This document shows, in pieces, positions 57,009 through 64,000 of a stretch of 64,000 nucleotides of DNA. The translations under genes and the position numbers were made by a program. Source of the DNA: Eledone cirrhosa (taxonomy: Eukaryota); NCBI GenBank assembly GCA_964016885.1, contig OZ024756.1, positions 25,606,001-25,670,000 of the forward strand. Reading direction: 5' to 3'. Position 1 is the stretch's first letter; each line of letters begins with the position of its first letter. Below the pieces are notes generated by a model. It made no database searches. It was not told the DNA's origin and saw only the letters and a list, made by a program, of their open reading frames with translations.

Positions 57009-57240
57009 GGAAAGGAGAGAAGAAAAACAAAGGAGAAGAATTTACTGGTGTGAAGAAAGATTAAATTATACCCAGAAATGAGAGAAGAAAACGAAGGAGA
57101 AGAAGAATTTATGGGTGTGAAGAAAAATTAAATTATACCCAGAAATGAGAGAAGAAAATGAAGAAGAAGAAGAAGAAGAAAAAGAAGAATTTATTGGTAT
57201 GAAGAAAAATTAAATTATACCCAGAAAGGAGAGAAAGAAG
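57009..57240 (-). repeat. Three tandem degenerate copies of the KCTD acceptor plus exon start (~65-80-bp period)
   Basis: Plus-strand aatttactggtgtgaagaaa..ttaaattatacccagaaa(t/g)gagagaa repeats mirror aattttactggtgcgaagaaaatttaaaatatacctggaaaggagagaa. Confidence 0.85.
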
Positions 57241-57689
57241 GGGAGAAAAGAAAAAAGGGATTAAAAAAATATAAAAAAATATAAAACAAATGATAAGTAA
57301 AAAATGGAAAGAGATGAGGGAGAGAAAGTGAGAGTAACAGAGACATAGGAGAGAGTGAGCGAGAGAGAAAGAAATGCTAACCTGCAGTCTCTGCTAACAA
57401 ACAAACATCAGTGGCTAAGATATTATCTAAACATGGAAAATGGAAGTGACAAGTTAACAACAACAACACAACAAACAAAACAAATAAACTACTTATGTAA
57501 CATTTGTGGAATGTAACAACCACAGAAACAACAGCAGCAACAACAACAGAAATAACAGCAACACGAAGAAGGTTTTTCTGAAGTATCATACTCCCTTCGT
57601 TATATGTTTCTTGCCGACAGTTTGTTTATCATTCATTGTAGATGGAAGCTTCATGAGATGGGTGTATGATAAATCCTAAGTCCAGTTTT

Positions 57690-57900
57690 ATGTCTGCTTT
57701 TCTATGCTTGCATGAGTTAGACAGGTCTTCTCCAACACAGCATCTCTCCATTTGTTGCGTTACTTCGCCAACTCTGCTGTGAACTCTCACCACCTCTGTC
57801 CAGGTCTTCATTGATTTTCCTCTACTGCTGCTACCTTCCAATGGGATTTCCTGGCACTTCTTCACCCAACAATATTCATCCATACACTACATATGTCCAG
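57690..57900 (-). mobile_element. RTE LINE 3' fragment
   Basis: MDEYCWVKKCQEIPLEGSSSRGKSMKTWTEVV. Confidence 0.75.
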
Positions 57901-58729
57901 CACACTGACTGAAACAACTGGATATCTGACTTGTGAATTAATGTGTAAGTGGTTGAATATTCCACAGAAACATATACCTTTAGCATTTACATTACTCTAT
58001 ATATACTATTACATTTTCACGGTAAAGGCTCTATCTCACATAATATTGAATCTATGAGATTTTGAAATTATTTATTTTGAAAACAATACCTTAACATCTG
58101 AGTGAGTAGCCAGTTACAGCCGGTTTGAACAGAAAGAGGTAAGAGAATTCTGGCCAGATATGGCCGGTTTAAATGCTAAAGAGTTATGTAGTTGTCAGGC
58201 AGAATCAGTGAAACAAAACCACTAATTTTAAAGGGTTGCTATTTAAATAAAAATCTTCCAACTTAATATTATATAAGAACATTATGTTAAGTTCCTATCT
58301 TAGTAATGAAATCATTATTTAATGTCTACTCTCCTTGCTAGCATGGGTTGGACAGGTTATCACAGTTAGAAATTAGAGGGGTTAGAGAGACCTGATTTTG
58401 CTTGTATGTTCTATATTTGACATAGTTTCAAAGGCTTGATGCTCTTCCTAACACTGAATACATTTTATTGTGGCACCAGCCCTAATTAATAATTTAACAT
58501 TTTCATTAATTGAAATAAAGTGTATTTCATTAAAAGTAATGAATAATAATGAGAAATTTAGTTATATTACTAGATCTTTAATAAAGAGAAATTCTTATTT
58601 TCAAATAGAGTTTAAAGGCATAGGCAGGGTCTTTTAACAGAAATATGGTAACGATAGAGTAAAAAGAAAAGAAACAAACAAAAACAAATAGCAACAACAA
58701 AGGATTTAAGATTTAAAAGAAAAACTAAC

Positions 58730-58918
58730 CGAAATAGTTTTCCATCACGATCAATAAAGTAGTTTCCATCTTTATCTTTGGCTGAAGGTAAATCCCCTTC
58801 AAACATCCGGGCTAGCATCGATTCTGAATAGCTGACCAATGTGAGATAAGATGTAGTGTAGATTACTCCACCTACATTTAGATTGACTGGATCGGAACTG
58901 TTTCTACCATTATTTACT
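58730..58918 (-). CDS. KCTD6/21-like protein, BTB exon (start codon probably in an unlocated upstream exon)
   Basis: PVNLNVGGVIYTTSYLTL...SMLARMFEGDLPSAKDKDGNYFIDRDGKLFR; acceptor gttttcag at 58919, donor GTTAGT at 58729. Confidence 0.9.
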
Positions 58919-59589
58919 CTGAAAACAGAGAGAAAGAAATACAATAATAAAAACAATCAATTAAGTGGTTTACATATGGTTCAGTGTTGATACCATGAAT
59001 TTGTGGTGATGGTGGTGTTGGTGATGATGTTGGAAGTGGTGGTGATTATGGTGGTAGTGGTGATGACAATGGTGATGGTAGTAATGATGATGATTATGAT
59101 GGTGGTGGTGGTGATGGTGATTATAATGGAGGTGATTGCCCCAACATGATCATAGTCCAATGATTGAAACTAGTAAAAGAATAAAATAGCCATTTTACCA
59201 GAAATTAAGACTTGGCAGGTATTTTAAAGGAGATTTAATTTGAAAAAGGAGTTGGGGGGGCATGAATATTATTTTACTAGTTTTTCAGTCATTAGACTGC
59301 GACCATGCTGAGGCAGTACTAACTTGAAGGGATTTTAATTGATCATATCATTCCCAGTACTTTTTGTTAAATAGTTAAGTTACAGGACATATACAACCAG
59401 TAAACATGGACACACACACAAAAATATCATCATCATTTTTGCAAAGACACTTCCATTGGACAAGATATTTTGAGACAATTTTCTGCAGCCAAATATCGTT
59501 CCAGATGCCAACCCTTTATTTGGCTCTAAGGATATAAAAGGTTATGGTGAAGCAATTCTAAAAACTGGAATACACACACATATTGACAA

Positions 59590-60000
59590 CAAAAGGTTTC
59601 TCCCTGTATACGAAAAGATAACCGTATGATGTCTATGTGCGAAGTGTGATGCTGTATGGTAGTGAAACATGGGCAGTGACTGCAGAGGACATACGTAGAC
59701 TGGAGAGAAATGAAACAACCATGCTTCGTTGGATGTACAATGTAAATGTAAATGTGAGAGAAAGGTAGAGCTTGGATGAACTGAAGGAGAAACTAGGTTT
59801 AAGAGGAATCCAAAGTGGTGTGCAGGAGAGAAGACTGAATGGGTAGACATGTGATGCACATGGATAATGATCAATGAGTGAATAAGTGCCAGGAAATGCC
59901 AATAGAGGGAAGCCGCAGTAGAGGTAGACTAAGGAAGACCTGGGCAGAGATGGTGAGAGCTGATCTCAAATACCGCTGAGACTCACAGACGAGATGACGA
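59590..60000 (+). mobile_element. RTE LINE 3' fragment
   Basis: [31 protein letters not shown]...GRLRKTWAEMV. Confidence 0.88.
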
Positions 60001-60081
60001 AAAGGACCCAACCAACCCATGCAAGTGTGGAAAAATGAACGTAAAAATAATTATGATGATATATACATATAAGTGTGTATG

Positions 60082-60113
<32 letters not shown>

Positions 60114-60829
60114 ACCAATGTAAGTATGGAAAAGCAGACATAAAATAGTGATGATGATGACTCAACATGCTTCCACACAGTTTCTGTCAACTAAATTCCA
60201 CTTGTAAGGCATTAGTGAATGCAAGGTTATAGTACAAGACACTTGCCCAAGATGCCATACAGTGGAACTGAACCCCAAACCACATAGTTGCAAAATAAAC
60301 TCCTTAACCACACAGCCATACAGGTACCTTTAATTATTCTAAATATTTCACCTGAAATTAAGACTTGGCAGATATTTTAAAGAAAATTTAATTTGAAAAG
60401 GTGGATAAGTGGGTGGGAGTGGTATCTTTTCGTATTTTTGTTTTATCGTTATTTTCTTTTCTTTGTTTGTTGTGTAATCAACTTGTACTGGAACAGGATA
60501 GAGAATAAATAAAACAACAATATAATTTTTCAAAAATAAAAGAAATTCTGGCAGAATGAAAATAATCTAATGAAAGAAAAACAGATTAATAGATTTTGGA
60601 AGTTGTTCAAAATGTGTTTTTTTGAAAAGAAAAGAGGATTGTTAATGTGGCTAGTGGCTTAAATTATCAGAGGTTGTTTACTGACCAACCCAACGGATGG
60701 TTAAAAGATATCTGTTTATTGAGAAACCAGGTTAGATAGAACTGCCAATTTATAGTTTTTTTATGTTTTTTTCTTTCTTATTTTTTGGAAGGGTTCTTTT
60801 TTGTACCTTTCACCATATTGCAGTTTTGG

Positions 60830-61320
60830 GTGGTCTTATTCGCGTTAAAAGCCAAACTTGCTATCTTCAATTCGGTATTCATGCCAACTATTAACTACAG
60901 TCATGAATCTTGAGTAATAACCAAAAGAATACAATTGCAAATACAAGTGGCCAAATGGGGTTCCTCCAAAGGGTCTTTAGAGTAACATTACATGATAGAG
61001 TGTGTAGCTCAGAGATCAGAGAGTCATTCCAGGTAGAGCCACTAATTCTCCAAATTAAGAGATCACTGCTCCGATATTATGGACATGTGGTTAGAATGTC
61101 TTAGGAAAGAATCGCTGGATAGATTTTACGGGCAAAACCAACCAGCAGGAGACCCAGGGGTAGACCCCAAGCAAGATGGTTGGATAACATCCATGAGCTT
61201 GGTCTCGCTTGAGGATCCAGCTGGATCAGTTGGAGATGGTTGTTTCTGACAGGATCCTCTAGAAGGAATGTTTAAGGACTCTGTCTCCACGACCCTCCTG
61301 GGAATAAGTGACCGAAGAAG
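60830..61320 (+). mobile_element. RTE LINE 3' fragment (second family), ending at (TA)n
   Basis: KAKLAIFNSVFMPTINYSHES*...MGFLQRV...LLRYYGHVVRM...RRPRGRPQARWLDNI. Confidence 0.88.
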
Positions 61321-61809
61321 ATATATATATATATATATGTGAATAAGTGGGCAAAGAAGGTGTCTTGAAATCCATGGAATTGGCTAAAGGATACTGGTTA
61401 GACAGGGAAAGAAGAGCAGTACCACTTACTATTTTCAGGTCTTCTGTGAGTAGTGGTAGAGAGGAAGGTGTCCTCAAATCTGAGGCCTGGCCTAAATGTT
61501 TGCAGCAGACTGGACTTCACTAAATGGCAGCTAAGGACCAAGCAAAGGTATTAAACCAGGTGACAGATTTAAATTGAAATCTTGAACTGAAATCTCATTC
61601 TTACATGTCAATTAAGGCTGGTGGATTGGTAGATTTGTTAGAGTATTGAACAAATACCTAGCAGTATTTGTTCTGAATTCAAATCCAGCCAAGGTCAACT
61701 AAGCCTTTCAATCTACCAGGGTCCATAAGATAAAGTGCCAATCAAGTAAAAGTGCTAATCAGCTAAAAGTTGCTGGCATAGTGCTAAAATTAGAAACCAT
61801 TATCATATG

Positions 61810-61923
61810 GCAACAGAGGTATCTGGTGATGCTTGTGAGGACACTTGGTTGTTCCAGCACATCAGCCTCACCATCATCCAAGGTAACGCTGCAAGCGCAC
61901 TGGCTTGTCTCAAAAATTATTAG
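61810..61923 (+). mobile_element. CRE-like retrotransposon extreme C-terminus
   Basis: SGDACEDTWLFQHISLTIIQGNAASALACL* matches the GDxRExxxLFQRLSxAIxRGNAASxL motif of RLE elements. Confidence 0.72.
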
Positions 61924-62391
61924 AGAGCTTTCCCAGTGTTCCTAGCGATATTGTTATCTTTTGCTCTGGCAGCAATTAGTTTGTACACCCCTTTTGCCTG
62001 CCTTTTGGTGTATGTGGTCTTAGATGTATGTATTACCCGCTTGTGTTTTGTTTTTCTTTTTTTCCTTTCTCTTTTTTAATTATTTGCAACGTTATTTATA
62101 TACAAGATAAAGATTAAAACATATTTGAATTCAGTAGTTAAATATTTATATTTTATTATCACTAAACCTCTCATAATTCTTGATGATTTTGGTAATTCAA
62201 ATGCAAAGCCTATATTTGTTAGAAATGTGGTCACAAAAAGGTTAAGTCTACCAACCCAAATAGACTATGATGATATTTGGGGTTAGAACAAATACTGATG
62301 TCCTAACTATTTGTATACATACTTCAACAGCATTCTAATAAATATTGCCTGTACAGGTAATCAAAGTATGTATACATTTTTTCGGTTACCT

Positions 62392-62436
<45 letters not shown>

Positions 62437-62491
62437 TAAATATATATAACGAATGAACACGATAAGAGGAACGAAGATCTAAAGTATATGC

Positions 62492-62551
<60 letters not shown>

Positions 62552-63650
62552 TAGCGAGTTATTCTTAAATAATACAAATACAGCTCCTGCATACAGTAGA
62601 TTGATTAATTAGCCATTAATGGAGTGACACTCACTTCCATTTGTCAATGTAGTTTCGTATAAATTACTACATAACATCATCTTTATATTGTCGTATCTTC
62701 GAAGCAAGTACTGTAGTCGTATAGGCAGCTTTCCACATCTGCAAAGAAGCTCGTTGTATCTTCATTGTTGTGTATGCTGTCAATGTAATTTCATATTAGT
62801 TACTACATACATTTATATCTTCTTTAAAACAAGCACTGTGGTCGTATATACAGCTTTCCACCTCTCCATACGGCTCTTTGCATATTCATTGTTATGTATT
62901 TTGCAAGATCTTTTGAGCTGTATGTATGGCTTGAATAGCACCAGTGACCAGTGAGTGTTCCATAGTCAGATTTGCTTGTCGTACATCTGATAGACATACA
63001 TTTAGAAACTTCATGTAACAACCACAACTGGGGGTTCTAATCACACCGGAGTGGGTTTTCCTTTTCTTTTATTTTGAGAGAAAGAGGCGAGAGAGACGAG
63101 CGAGAGTGGGTGAGAGAAAGAGAGAGGAAGAGAGATCCCTATAAAGTATATCTACTTGTTGCCCTGTTGTTTTTACGTAATCTGACTATTCTTATAAAGA
63201 TTGGATAAATTAACGGCCTAATTGATTGATTTATATCGCAAACTAAATTCTTTACGATCATAGCTAATGTGGGATCTTTGGGGTTTTACTTTCATTTTTA
63301 ATACATTTGAGTCAATATCTCCCGGCTGGTTGGCTGTCTTGTATTACATTATCAATGGCTAAACCACAGGCTGATAAATTCTCTACAATGAATTAAAGCT
63401 ACATAGAGATTAAAAAAAAAAAAAAAAGAAAAAAAAAGAGAGTTGTCGCTGACAGTCTTCAAACGACTGTCGAATCGGTTCCGTTATATAAATGTATATA
63501 TTAGTCGTTTCTTTTCTATCTTTCTAATAGTGAGTTAGAATTTTTCCAGAGATAATTTAACCGAACAGACTTGGCAAGCGTAATTTTTCTTTTTCTTTTT
63601 TAATATATAGGGTATATTTTCATAATACATTACTCGTGAACATTCGATTT

Positions 63651-63707
<57 letters not shown>

Positions 63708-64000
63708 GAGAGACTATTTTGAATGTGTTGCTTTTGCAGTAGGATCTGCCCGACGACTACAGAAATCAAGGGACGGATGATGATGATGATGATGATAATA
63801 TATATTGAAAGGTGGTCAAACAGGCACTGTCTTCTAGCACAGTTTTAACAGAAACAAACACGCAAAGTTCACAAACCAGAAGAAAAAAAAGGGTGGTGAG
63901 AAGGGAATTAAATAAATAATACACAAGTGGGAACATTTTCATCGTTTTTATCTTGTACGAAGCATCATCATCATAGTTACTTGGTACAATAAGAACTGAT

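Noticed and set aside
63000-63600. KCTD start-codon exon
   Set aside because: Promoter-like region, but I could not find an ATG-plus-donor combination with the required phase 2.

Overview
Eukaryotic, AT-rich, microsatellite-saturated DNA. The repeat landscape ((TA)n arrays, tRNA-derived SINEs, RTE LINEs) and single-exon C2H2 zinc-finger genes suggest an octopus/coleoid cephalopod genome (inference). Five protein-coding genes are well supported: two C2H2 zinc-finger genes (7 and 13 fingers, minus strand), an intronless Tim9, a three-exon MIF, and a KCTD6/21-like BTB gene (two exons found, start exon not located). The rest is mostly transposon debris: RTE LINE fragments, two CRE-like (restriction-like endonuclease) retrotransposon remnants, SINEs, piggyBac-type MITEs, several fold-back elements, a 61-bp minisatellite and a 3.7-kb compound TA satellite. 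Nearly all YIYI-type ORFs are microsatellite artefacts. I found no clear new multi-gene system. The most unusual signals are: (1) several one-mismatch minimal hammerhead-like motifs, mostly with a palindromic stem III; (2) a dense cluster of fold-back elements downstream of the KCTD gene; (3) tandem intronic copies of the KCTD splice acceptor in which the AG has been lost. Repeat boundaries are approximate, and family assignments come from motif recognition, not database searches.
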